Source: Macrostomum lignano (taxonomy: Eukaryota). Taken from it: a stretch of DNA of 64,000 nt. Position 1 is the stretch's first letter, and every line of letters begins with the position of its first letter. This document shows, piece by piece, positions 1 through 10,639 of the stretch. The notes below the pieces were generated by a model that saw only the letters and a program-made list of their open reading frames with translations, did not search any database and was not told where the DNA came from. A program made the position numbers and the translations under genes. Location: contig NIVC01002129.1 in assembly GCA_002269645.1 (NCBI GenBank), positions 186,001 to 250,000 on the forward strand, in the 5' to 3' direction.

Positions 1-3000
1 TTTTCGGGCGTTGGAGATGCGGAGCAGCTTGTTCAGGGACCTGTTGATTCGCTCGGTAATGCCATTGGCCTCGGGATGGTACGGTGTGATGCGCCGGTGG
101 CTGATTCCGTGGCTTGTGACGAAACTCCTGAAGGCTTCTGATGTGAATGTCGGACCGTTGTCCGTCACGATTTGCTGGGGAATCCCGAAGGTCGCGAAGA
201 CCTGCTGTAACTGTCTGGTGGTGCGGTCAGCTGTGATCGACTTCATCGCCACGACGATGGGGTAGCGCGAGTAGTGGTCTATGATCACCAGGAAATGTCG
301 ACCGTTGGCAGGTCCAAGAAAGTCGATGCCGATAGTGGACCAGGCAGACTCTGGCAGCTCAGTCAGTTGCAGTGGGGCTGCCGAAACTTCCGCTTGATGG
401 TTGGTGGCCGCACATTCCAGGCACTGTGCTACCAGTTGCTTGACCTCAGCTGACATTCCGGGCCACCAGACCTTGGAGTTGAGTCGGCGCAGTGTTTTGG
501 TCTCGCCTTGATGTCCTTGATGAGCCAGCTGCAGGACAACGGGCCGCTGGGCTTTTGGGATTACCAATATTTGGTCTCGCAGCAGAACGCCAGAAGCCTC
601 GGTCAACTCGTGCCTGGCGGCGTGCAGTCGTCGGATGCTGTCGTCCCGCAGATCCCAATTGCCTGTTCTCAACGATGACAGCACAGTCGATAGAATGGCA
701 TCACGGGCCGTGGCTTCCCGGACTTGCTGCAGGGACAGGCCTCTCGGCGTCGCCGCTTGCGCGATGCTGCCGATGAAGTTTGTGTCCAGGATCTCGCCGA
801 TGTTGATCGATGTCGGAGCGGGCTCTGGCTGCCGGCTGAGGATGTCGCTCGGGTTGAACGGGCCTGGCCGATAGATGACGCTGAACTGCATGTCCTGGAT
901 GCTGAGCGCCATGCGCTCGATGCGTGGAGGTGGGCGCGAGCCGGGCTTGAGCATGAAGGTCAGCGGCTTGTGGTCGGTGACGACAGTAAAGTTGGCGGCG
1001 CCGCTGAGATAGTGTCGAAATTTCAGGCAGCCGAACTTGATTGCGAGAGCCTCCCGTTCCGTCTGTGAGTACCTCGACTCGACTGCCGATAGGGCTCTGC
1101 TTGCGAATGCAACCGGCTTGGATGAGCCGTCGGACTGAATCTGGCAAAGAATGGCGCCGAGTCCGATGTGGCTGGCGTCGACAACGAGTTCGGTATGCCG
1201 GTGCTTGTCGAAGAAGACCAGTGTGCTGTCGACTGCGATGCGATCTCGGACTTCTTGAAAAGCCTTGGCCTGCTGCTCGCCCCACTGCCAGCTTGCACTC
1301 TTCTTGGTCAGGTCCCGCAACGGCTTCGTCATGTCCGCCAGGCCTGGCATGAAGCGACTGACAAACGTAACCAGACCGAGGAAGGAGCGGACTTCCGAGG
1401 CGTTCGTTGGCTCTTTGAAGCTTTTGATCGCCGACACCTTGGCTTCAGCTGGCTGGATCCCTTTTGCCGACAGTCGCATGGCCAGGAAGTTGACCTCCGG
1501 CACCGCAAATTTGCACTTGGACGGGTTGAGAGTCAGGCCGTGTCCCTAAAGACGCTGAAGGCAGCTGACTAGGCGACTGTTGTGCTCCTGGATGTCCCGG
1601 GCATACACAATGATGTCGTCGTGCACCCATCTCACTCCTGGCAGGCCGCTGAGTACTGTAGACATCACACGCTGTAGAATTTCTGAAGCCGACGTGAAAC
1701 CCATACAGAGGCGCGTGAGCCTCATTAAGCCCAGTGGTGTCGAGAAGGTCAGAAACTTGCGTGACTCCTGATCGACCTTGATTTGGTGAAAGGCTTTATT
1801 GATGTCTAGCTCCGAGAAGAAGTGTGAACCGGCCATTTCGTCTGTGACCTCTTCAAAGGTCGGAATCGGCTGCTTCTCCGGCACTACGTATTGATTGAGG
1901 TCTCGAAGGTCTTGGGTGATTCGCACCTGGTTCGGAGTGCTTTTTGGTACCACTACCATTCTAGCGACCCATTCGGAAGGCTCAGATACTCGCTCGATGA
2001 TGCCTTCGCTGAGCTGGGCGTCCAGCTCTTTGATGGCTGCGTCTCGTAGGTGGATTGGCACTCGGCTAGGCGGGTGGCACACTGGGATAGCGTTGTCCTT
2101 GAGTCGGATGCTCACTTCGACGTCCTTGACACAGCCAACTCCTTGGAAGAGCGCCCGGTGCTTTTTGAGGATGTTATCAAGCTGGAGGTTTGCTGGAAGG
2201 TTAGCTGAGTTGGCCTCCGGACTCGAGGACTCCATTGCCTTTGCCTTGTCGGCACTCCCGATGCTGTTGATGCGAGTTTTCGGCGCCGGACCCACTCGTA
2301 GTACTCCGAACTTCTCGCTCGTTGCCCTTCCGAGAATGGTGACGCCCGAATCTTGCACTACTGTGAAGTCCACTACTTCCTCGAGGCCGCTGATTTTGAC
2401 AAGGAGCTCAGCTCTGCCGGCGGTCGCCAGTGGTGTCTTCGAGCCGAACGGGTACAGCTGCCGTGCTGATCGAAGCAGTGGCGTTTTGGCTGTTTTGAGA
2501 TCTTGAAAAGTCGCCTGGTCGATGACATTGCAGCTGGCGCCACTATCGATGAGCGCCTCGACCCGCTTACCGTTGATAGAGATGCTCATCAGCGGCAGCT
2601 TGTTCGCAGTCAGGCAGAAGACCTCCCCTTCGTCGCTTGGTGACTTGCTGGATTCTTCCGGGTGTTGATGCTGACCGCCAATGGTGTGCACGCGGTCTCT
2701 GGAGTTGCCCTTAGACATACAGGCCTTCGCCAGGTGGCCCACCTTTTTACAGATGTTGCATGTTTTGCCTTTGGCCGCGTCGCAGCTACGGTGCCCGGTT
2801 TCTCCGCATCGGTAGCACTTGGACTTGCTGCCAGGCTTGTACGATGGTCCGTCTTGTTGCTCACCTCTGGTGCGCCTCATTGAGTTGACTGTCTCGTCGC
2901 GGCGTGACTCCATGGCCGCTGACTGGTAGCTAGCGGCTTCGAAGGCTCGGCACAGCTGCAGTGCATCCTGCAAATTGATGTTGGCGGTCTGCAGTAGCCG

Positions 3001-3474
3001 TCTTCTGAGTTGCTCGGTGTTGCATCCGGCGACAATCTGGTCGCGGATGACGGAGTCGCGCAAATTGTCGAAGTCGCAGCTTTCTGCGGCCTTCTATAGC
3101 TGACTGACCCATGCGTCGATGCTCTGGCCTGGTTGCTGCGTGCAGTTTCGGAACTCGTATCTTGAGAACACCACGCACCTGCGGCCTGTGAAGTGGTCCT
3201 TGAAAGCCTTGATGAGTTCTTCGACGGTGTTTCCGCTGTTGGTCAGCTGTTTGTATAGCTCGGCCAGCTCCCTCCCGCCTGTGTAGAGCAGGACTTGTCT
3301 CTGCTGGGCCGGATCCTTGACTCCGGAGGCGTGGATGAAGCACAGAAAGCGCGACGACCAATCTTCCCACCGTGATGACAGTGCGTGTGCTTCTTGGTTG
3401 ACGTTGAATGGCTCAGGTGGAGGCAGTTGCAGTTGAACAACTTTGCGTGTCTGGCCACTGTTTTCAGTAGACAT
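1..3474 (-). pseudogene. gag-pol: Single-frame gag-pol of Gypsy 1 with two in-frame TAG stops (3094-3096, 1546-1548)
   Basis: Zinc knuckles (CYRCGETGH; CNICKKVGHLAKAC), protease LIDSGAS, RT (QDLRDLN, VHDD). Manual translation of 1545->1 in the same frame gives RNase H (VDASHIGLGAIL, YSQTEREALAI, TDHKPL) and integrase (AHQGHQG, WWPGM, CLEC, IDFLGP, TDNGPTF, ANGITER). Confidence 0.93.
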
Positions 3475-3494
3475 AGCTTAGCTTGCGACGCCAG

Positions 3495-3696
3495 TGTAGT
3501 GACTGACGCGAGAGACAGAAGTTTAGATGAACCAAAAGCTTACAGCCCCGACTTGGGCGTGGGGTGCTATTGTATATTTGAGCTCAAAGCTCTGTAATCG
3601 ATTGCTCTAGAGTAAGTGTAGCTCGTACATCTATGATGCAATGTACACAGGAGTTAAAATCATCGTGCCGAGAAAGGGGGGGGGCAGAGTACAACA
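3495..3696 (-). repeat. 5' LTR of Gypsy 1 (202 bp)
   Basis: TG...CA termini on minus; the left edge abuts the PBS and the right edge is exactly where Gypsy 2 pol homology stops (GLGFVL|). Confidence 0.85.
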
Positions 3697-5912
3697 AGCA
3701 CGAATCCTAGTCCCTTTTTAGATGCATCACAGGTCAAGAATAATGGTTTTGACAGATCGTACGCAGTGATTGCTCCTTGGCGGATGCTTTGCTTTAGTCT
3801 CCCGATGGCCTTTGATAGTTCGTTGTTCCAGTACCAGTGCTGTCCCTTCTTCAGCAACGAGTACAGCGGTCGAGCAATGATGGAGAAATTTCTGCAGAAT
3901 AAGCCATAGTGGCGAAGAGTGCACAAGACGCTTCTCAATTGGTCTTTGTCAGCGGGTTCTGGCATGTTGTCCCACGACTTTAATCTGGCAGGATCTGGTT
4001 CGAGCCTTCCGTTGTGGAGAATGAAACCAAGAAACTTGACCTTTTGTTGACACTCCTGAGACTTGCGCGTGTTAATCTTGAACCCATGGTCGGCTAAGCG
4101 TTGCTTTACCATGTTCAGCACCTGCATGTGTTGCTGTTGGTCATCGGATGTTCCGATTAATATGTCATCTTGATATGACGCTGTACATTCTATGTCTCTT
4201 AGTACGTCGTCCATGACCTCTTGGAAAATAAGAGGCGCTGCAGAGATTCCGAATTGGAGGTTCCTGAATGCAAAATAACCCATATGAGTCGATATGCAGG
4301 TAAGTTCTTGACTCTCCGGAGACAGTGCAACTTGTAGAAATGCTTCCTCTAAATCCAGGACAGAGTAGAACTTCGCATTGGGAATTTTAGAAAGAATTTC
4401 TTCTAACTTCGGAAACTTGTATCGATCAGCATCAATTATGCGATTCAGAGTGAGTGAGTAGTCACCGCATAGCCTTATTGGTCTAGCTGAGCCTTGCTGC
4501 TTTAAAACCGGAACTATTGGCGCTGGCACTGTTGGATTTTCAACTGGGTAAATTATTCCCGCACTCAGTAGTCTCTTGAGCTCGGTCTCTACCATAGACT
4601 TCATTGAAAAAGGCAGAGATCTGGCAGGGTACCGCATACCTTCCATTTTAGCATCCGAGCGAAGGCGGAAACTCGCAAGAAATCTGTCGTTTGCATCGCG
4701 CACAACTGGTAGGCAAAGGACGTCTTTAGAAATGCTACTATCGAAGTGCAATAGGTTTAGGCGCGATAGGAAATCCATGCCGAGAATGGCCATCGAATCG
4801 TTTCCAACATAGACATGTCCAATAGCGTATCTTCTGTCAGACAGAGTAATGGTTGCATCCGGAATGACTGAATATATGGTGGGCTGAAAGCCACCGTAGG
4901 ACCTGAGCATTTTCGAAATCGGTTTGGATGGTAGATTGGAAATATCGGCAACCTTCTTGGGTATAATGGTAACTTGACTCCCAGTATCCACTAGCATCTT
5001 AACGCTCGCATCTCCGATCTTGCAGGTAGCAAACCACTGATCCGTTGGGTCTCCGATGCCAGCTGCTGTGTAGACTGCTCCCACATGCTCATGGCTAGCA
5101 TCTTCTGATCTTACTACGCTTTGCACTGCATTCACAGTCTTCGAACGACAAACTGCTGCAAGATGTCCAACTTTTCCACACTTTCGACATTGCGCGTCCC
5201 TAAAGCGGCACTTTGATCTGACGTGTCCTACCTTTCCGCAGGTGTGGCATTGTCCAGTTTCATGAGGCTTCGAATGTCTCTTGCGATTGTCCGAATTGTA
5301 ATGCTGTTTATTGTAAGCCGGGGCCTTCTTCTCTTGCTTAAAAAGTCCGGTATGGCCTTTGTTCTGCACCGCAGCGATTGCGTTCGACGGATTCGTAGCC
5401 ACATTAATTGATTCGGCCAGCAAGCCATCTTGAATTGCAGCGGCCAAAGCGAGATCCTCTTTCGAAAGGAGCTTCTGCTTCAGTGCTTGATTGCGTAGGC
5501 CGAATATGAACTGCGACAGAATGAGTTCTTCTCGGAGATCGCCGAACTGGCATTTATTGGCCTGACGCTTCAGAATTTCAACGAAGGTAGAAATCGACTC
5601 GCCCTCCTTCTGCACCATTGAATGAAGCACATGCCTCTCGTAGTGAAGTAACGTTTTGGGCTTGAAGTGTGCCGTTAGCGATGTCTGAATATTTTCGTAA
5701 GTCACCTCATCCTTAGCGATGTCTTTTGGCTTTAAAAGCTCCTCTATTAGAGTGAAAGCTGCGTCTCCGCACGTTGCCAAAAGTACAGCTTTGGATTGTT
5801 CCCGCTTGCCTGAAGCCACCAGGTAAAACTGCAGTCTCTTGAAGTACTGCTCGATCTCAGGATAAGAAAGCGGTAGTTCTCCGAGTCGGAAATCTAGCGA
5901 CGACTGAGCCAT
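3697..5912 (-). CDS. gag-pol: gag-pol of Gypsy 2, open up to the point in RNase H where Gypsy 1 inserted
   Basis: Two CCHC knuckles (CHTCGKVGHVRSKC, CRKCGKVGHLAAVC), protease LVDTGS, RT (RLCGDY, YQDD), RNase H start LTCDASKKGLGFVL; ATG at 5912. Confidence 0.93.
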
Positions 5913-5974
5913 TGAAATTGCTGGTCTGAAGTAGTCAGTATTATACCACTTGGTCAAGACCTCCAGCGTGTTTA

Positions 5975-5985
5975 CCTCGTCGCCA
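5975..5985 (-). promoter_or_regulatory. Primer-binding site of Gypsy 2, complementary to the 3' end of tRNA-Ser(GCU)
   Basis: TGGCGACGAGG directly follows the LTR end ...GTAACA; tRNA-Ser(GCU) ends ...CCUCGUCGCCA (recalled, not searched). Confidence 0.75.
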
Positions 5986-6215
5986 TGTTACGTTTTGAAT
6001 AACGCGAAGGCGGTAAAACTTTTGGGAAGTTAGAAGTTGAAGTGTCTTAGCGGTAGCGCGCTTGTAGCTTGTTTTTATTTAAACGAAAAGTATCGAGACT
6101 TGAAGCAAATAAATGTGTACAGTCAAACTTAATCCCTATGAACCATAGACTAATATCTAAATCAAAAGTCCGTCTATAAATGACTATAATTAGTTAGCAA
6201 AGCAAATACACAACA
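5986..6215 (-). repeat. 5' LTR of Gypsy 2 (230 bp)
   Basis: TGTTGTG...GTAACA termini, AATAAA on minus near 6075, and MCP coding sequence resumes at 6216. Confidence 0.85.
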
Positions 6216-6217
6216 AT

Positions 6218-6457
6218 GTCAAAAATGAAGCGTATGCTGTTCCTCAGTACACACCCACAGAGTTTCTAAACATTCATCCAGTGGTTGTTTTTGATCTAAC
6301 CGCACAGAAAGAAAACGTAGCCAATGTTGGACCTAATTATATGTTAGAGATTAATAAAACTGGTAATCAGGCACTAGACGCCCACGTATTGTTTCTGGAG
6401 GAATATATGTCAATTGCTAAAGCCGATGGCACCGTTGTTCAGGACGCCCCGCTGTAA
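6218..6457 (+). pseudogene. C-terminal ~80 codons of a double-jelly-roll major capsid protein; 5' part separated by the Gypsy 2 insertion
   Basis: Not in the ORF track. Manual translation VKNEAYAVPQYTPTEFLNIHPVVVFDLTAQKENVANVGPNYMLEINKTGNQALDAHVLFLEEY...PL* resembles the Polinton MCP C-terminal 'P+.vfDl+.Q.E' segment. Confidence 0.72.
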
Positions 6458-6539
6458 GCGGTGCAGTGCAAAGCACGTCGCCCCCCCTCCGTAGATAAAG
6501 ATTAGTTAAATTATATCCTTAGCATAAAAAAGGATCGTT

Positions 6540-7278
6540 TGGAAATATCTTATTGTGTTTTGCTTTTACCATTTTTTAGTAATTGGGGGGTCGGGTAAAG
6601 GAAAAACACACTTTGTTTATGATCTGTTAACAACCGACGGAATGTTAGACTACAATAATTTATTAATATATACTTACAAACCACGAATTAAATATTATGA
6701 ATTTCTTAAACATTGATTAAAAAACAAATTAAAAAAGATGTCTTGTTTAGAATGTTAAGAGCGTATGAGCAATATGAGGATGACGACGAACCAAAATTTA
6801 CACTCGATGACATTGAGGATTTATGTAAAACAATGGCACAGGAGCCGGAAAACAGATCCGAACGCTCACCAACCGTTAGAGTATCAACCCGATTATCCTA
6901 TGATCAAATTCCAAAACATGATAAAACACTAATTGTTTTTGATGATTGTATTAACGACGGCGATCAAGAATTGCAAAAGGAAATTTTTGTTAGTGGCAGA
7001 GGAGATGGAATTGGCGCGTTTTATCTAACACAGTCCTTTAGAGAATTAGATTCGATTATAAAAAAGAATGCAAGTTGTTGTGTAATGTTTGATTTAGATA
7101 ACTATGATCTACAAAATATACATGCGAGATTTAATCCTGGGTTGGATACAAAACCATTCAAAAGCATGTGTAAAAAAATTGGGATGACAGTCAATACAAA
7201 CATATATATATCAACCCTAGGTTAGAAAGGAAAAATCGAATCTTAAAAGATCTGATAAAAGAGGAAGACGAGGATTAA
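6540..7278 (+). pseudogene. A32/FtsK-like DNA-packaging ATPase, frameshifted
   Basis: Walker A VIGGSGKGKT at 6579-6608, in a different frame from ORF 6713-7225, which carries Walker B LIVFDD and GRGDGIGAFYLTQSF; C-terminal WDDSQYKHIYIN follows another frameshift. Confidence 0.9.
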
Positions 7279-7296
7279 AGCTTTCCCACTATAAAA

Positions 7297-7918
7297 ATGG
7301 CTACAAATTTAGACACTATAAAACAATTCAACAAATAATCAGTTTAGATATTCTAAAGATGCAGGAGCCAATTGGACAACATTTAGTGTTAATCCGGGGG
7401 CTTATAGCTATACCGATTTGAATGCTTATATAGAAGGAGAATTAACAGCTAATGGTGATTGGGTAGCAGGCGCGATTGTTATAGGGGTTGATTTACCATC
7501 GGGAAGATTCACCCTATCACTAGGATCTGGATATCAGGTTGATTTTACAATTGCAAATTCACTCAGAACCATACTAGGATTTAATTCCCGAATAGTTACC
7601 ACATCAAGCACCGGCGATACGGTGGGAAACATTGAGGGCGGAGTCAATACAATTAATATAACAACCGATATTTCGAACGGTGGTTATATAACAGATGATA
7701 ACGGAGTTTTGGTTCAACGTGGAATCATTTATTCAATTCCCTTTCTTGCTGTTCCAATTGGAGAGAAAATGATTGTTGCACCCCAAACTCCAATATATTA
7801 TCCTTTAAATCAATATAGTGTTCAATCAATTTATATTAGGATCGTAGATGAAAGTGATAGGTTAATAAGTTTTGGTGGACAATCAATAACAGTAATTTTA
7901 CGTATAAAACAGGTTTAA
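7297..7918 (+). pseudogene. Minor capsid protein (penton, single jelly roll); one frameshift near the start
   Basis: NNQFRY...WTTFSVNPGAYSYTDLNAYI and C-terminal PIYYPLNQYSVQSIYIRIVDESDRLISFGGQSITVILRIK are typical of Polinton mCP. Confidence 0.85.
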
Positions 7919-7931
7919 TTACATAGTAAAA

Positions 7932-8141
7932 ATGGGTAACAACGCTATAAAAAACAAACGGATAAAGTTCGAAAGGCAAAGGATAATTATGATATCGAAC
8001 TAACAAAACTGAAACAACTTCAAGCAGAAAAAATCCGAAAGGAGTTGTTAAAACCCACGGCCACAAAACTAACTAAAACCATGAGTTTTTCAGGAACATA
8101 AAATGGCATCGAGCAAAGCTCGCGACCCTTCGGGGCGTTTA
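7932..8141 (+). pseudogene. Small basic viral ORF (MGNNAIK...), apparently frameshifted
   Basis: AAAAATG start; after one frameshift it reads QTDKVRKAKDNYDIELTKLKQLQAEKIRKELLKP...; no family recognised. Confidence 0.35.
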
Positions 8142-8570
8142 ACGTAAGGCGATTTTAAAAAAAGATATGGAACTGACACAACAAGCAATATCGAATTGAC
8201 AAATTGGGCGAGACAATTTAAAATAAAGCCATTCAGATGTGTTATGCGGGATGAGATAAAAGACTTACCACAATATGGATCTTACATTGTTAATATAGAA
8301 ACGACAAAAGAAAATGGTGTTCATTGGTCAGCAGTTTATTCAAAACCCAAACTCGTTTATTTTTTTTATTCATATGCACTTCCTCCGTTACAGGAAATAA
8401 AAGACAAATTTAATCATACTAAAAATCGTTTATGTGGAGACTATCACGAACAGTTTCAAACCTTTGATAAAAGTTATTGCGGACAGGCGGCGTTATATTT
8501 TTTATATAAAGTTAACAACTCGAAGGAAAAACCCGAAGACTTTAAGACGATTTTAGACTCTATAAAATAG
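8103..8570 (+). pseudogene. Adenain-type cysteine protease (capsid maturation)
   Basis: SNIELTNWA, MRDE, GVHW (His), Q...CG (oxyanion Gln, Cys). In-frame TAA at 8145-8147 after ATG 8103; the expected FDSYG reads FYSYA. Confidence 0.9.
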
Positions 8571-8580
8571 GCAGTAAAAA

Positions 8581-10451
8581 ATGATATTTTCTGGAACACC
8601 CTCATGGAACGGAACAAGTACTGGTGGTGGCGAATCTGGCGGAATAAGTGTTACATTCGGAGATAACCGATATATTAATGAAGATGAAGGTTATAAAAAA
8701 ACTGAAATTGATACTAAACTAAATTTAAAACGGAATGTTGCAGATTCCTATACCGAAACGCAAATCGATGATTCATTAAATCTGAAGAGAGATATTAGTG
8801 ATTCATATACCAAAACAGAAATTGACAATGGTTTAAATTTGAAAAGAGATATAACTGATTCTTATTCTCGAACTGATTCTGATTCGCGTTATGTTCAAAC
8901 CACCGCAACCGGAACCTTAGATATGGACAACAATCGAATTATAAATGTTGCAATTACAACAAATAACTCTGTGGTTGATAAGAACTATGTCGATAATCAG
9001 GTTGGTAGTCGTAATGGCAATATCAATATGAATAATTTTAAATTAACAAATTTATTATTTGGAACAGAGGACACAGACTCGGTCAATCTAGGGCAAGTAA
9101 ACGCTCGAGCTAATGTAACAGACGCCGATATTTTTGCCACGCCACTTACATCAAATACTTCAAATCCTGATGTTGTTCTTACAGCATCCGAAAATACCAA
9201 CGATGCTTTTCGAGTTGGAGACGGAAGCCTTGCGACACAATGGTCATCAAATACCGGAACCACAACCGATATGGAAATTCAATTTGAGTTTTTAGGTTAT
9301 AATCGAAGAATAAATGAATTAAGAATTACAGGAAGCGCAACAATTGATATCCCATCGGAATGGTCGGTGCGCGCAAAAAAATGTTGCTACCGATGCATGG
9401 ACGGTATTACGAACGTCGGGATCGCCAATTCAAGCAAATTCATTAGCATTAACTAATTTAACTGTTAATTTTTGGAAATATTATAGCGTTTCGTTCCCAA
9501 CTGGTGGGACAGTTACGCAACCTATCGAAGTTCGCCTCATTCAATTATTTGAACACCGGGTTTAAATTCAAGATCTCAATTGGCCAAATCAGATACTTTC
9601 TGCAACCCCACGAGCATACGTAGATCAGTTAGCAACCCCAACTTCAAATGGTAGAATGTCTGCCGGTGATAAAAATAAATTAGATAATATTCCTGCGATT
9701 GATGCCGATTATTCGAGCCAGTAATTTGTAATTGGACTGGATATCAAAGTCCAACAACCGCCGGAGATATATATCCAACGGGGTCTTTAATTAGTGATGC
9801 TTCTTCTATGATTATCAAAATGGAGCAAGAATTACTCGTGAAAACTCAGGTGTAAGTGGTGCTTTACAATTCAATTTCACACATTTTCAAAATATATCTG
9901 CGTCTTTCTTTTTCCGAGTTGCTAATGCTACAGGAAGTGGTGCTGACGCTGTTTGGTTTTATGCATACTGCCATCAACGACCAACAACGGAATTTGGATC
10001 TGGATTAACAACCGATGCTGGTTTGATAGTATTTGCGAGTGAGTGGCATGATCGATTTGGTGTACTTTGGAGTAATAAAAAATCAGACGGATCTACGGTT
10101 CGTAACGATGTTCTTAATGACGCTGATCAAACAGTAACCTACGCCAACATTGATAATGGTGATTGGCATCTGTTTGAAATAAATATTCTTAATCAAAGGG
10201 TTTGGTATCAATTAAGTTCATACAATGTTTCAACCGATTCTTATACCCTCATTGGTCAAAATATTTTTACATATGATAGTGGAACTTGGGGAACTTTGGA
10301 TAAAAGTGGAACTCTTATGGGTTTTGGTGCTCGAACCGGAGGATCAGATGCCGCACATTTTATTCGTGGTGCGGTTGTATGTGGTAGCACATCATTTGGT
10401 TATGTTTTTCCTTCTACCGCTTATTTAGAAAAACCACCCGTAGCAATATAG
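8581..10451 (+). pseudogene. Fibre/receptor-binding-like protein: tail-fibre repeats, discoidin (F5/8C)-like domain, L-type lectin-like domain; several frameshifts
   Basis: Three ~19-aa Y.KTEID..LNLKR...DS repeats, GTLDMDNNRIINV...KNYVD, ATPTSNGRMSAGDKNKLDNI (9632-9691), GSGADAVWFY and GFGARTGGSDAAHFIR. Confidence 0.65.
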
Positions 10452-10639
10452 GGTGAGGACTTCGTCCGTCCACCTGTTGCTATCGCCCCGTAGGGTCGCG
10501 TGCTTTGCACGATTTAAAATATTCATATATAAAATGGCTTTTAGTAGAACTCCGTCGATGCGACAAAATAATGTTATTATTCCGATTCCTAAACAAGAAT
10601 CAAATATAAAAACATTCAAATCTCATACCCGATTTTTAT

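Larger units (their letters stand above)
1..3696 (-). mobile_element. Ty3/Gypsy (Mag-like) LTR retrotransposon 1; 3' part runs off the window; inserted into the RNase H region of Gypsy element 2
   Basis: 5' LTR 3495-3696 (TGTTGT...CTACA on minus), PBS-like TGGCGTCGCAAG after it, then one gag-PR-RT-RH-IN reading frame. Confidence 0.95.
3697..6215 (-). mobile_element. Ty3/Gypsy (Mag-like) LTR retrotransposon 2, 5' half; inserted into the Polinton MCP gene
   Basis: 5' LTR 5986-6215, PBS TGGCGACGAGG, gag-pol ORF. Confidence 0.93.

Noticed and set aside
11-2883. Many short plus-strand and alternate-frame ORFs over Gypsy 1
   Set aside because: Antisense or shadow ORFs of GC-rich gag-pol with no independent motifs.
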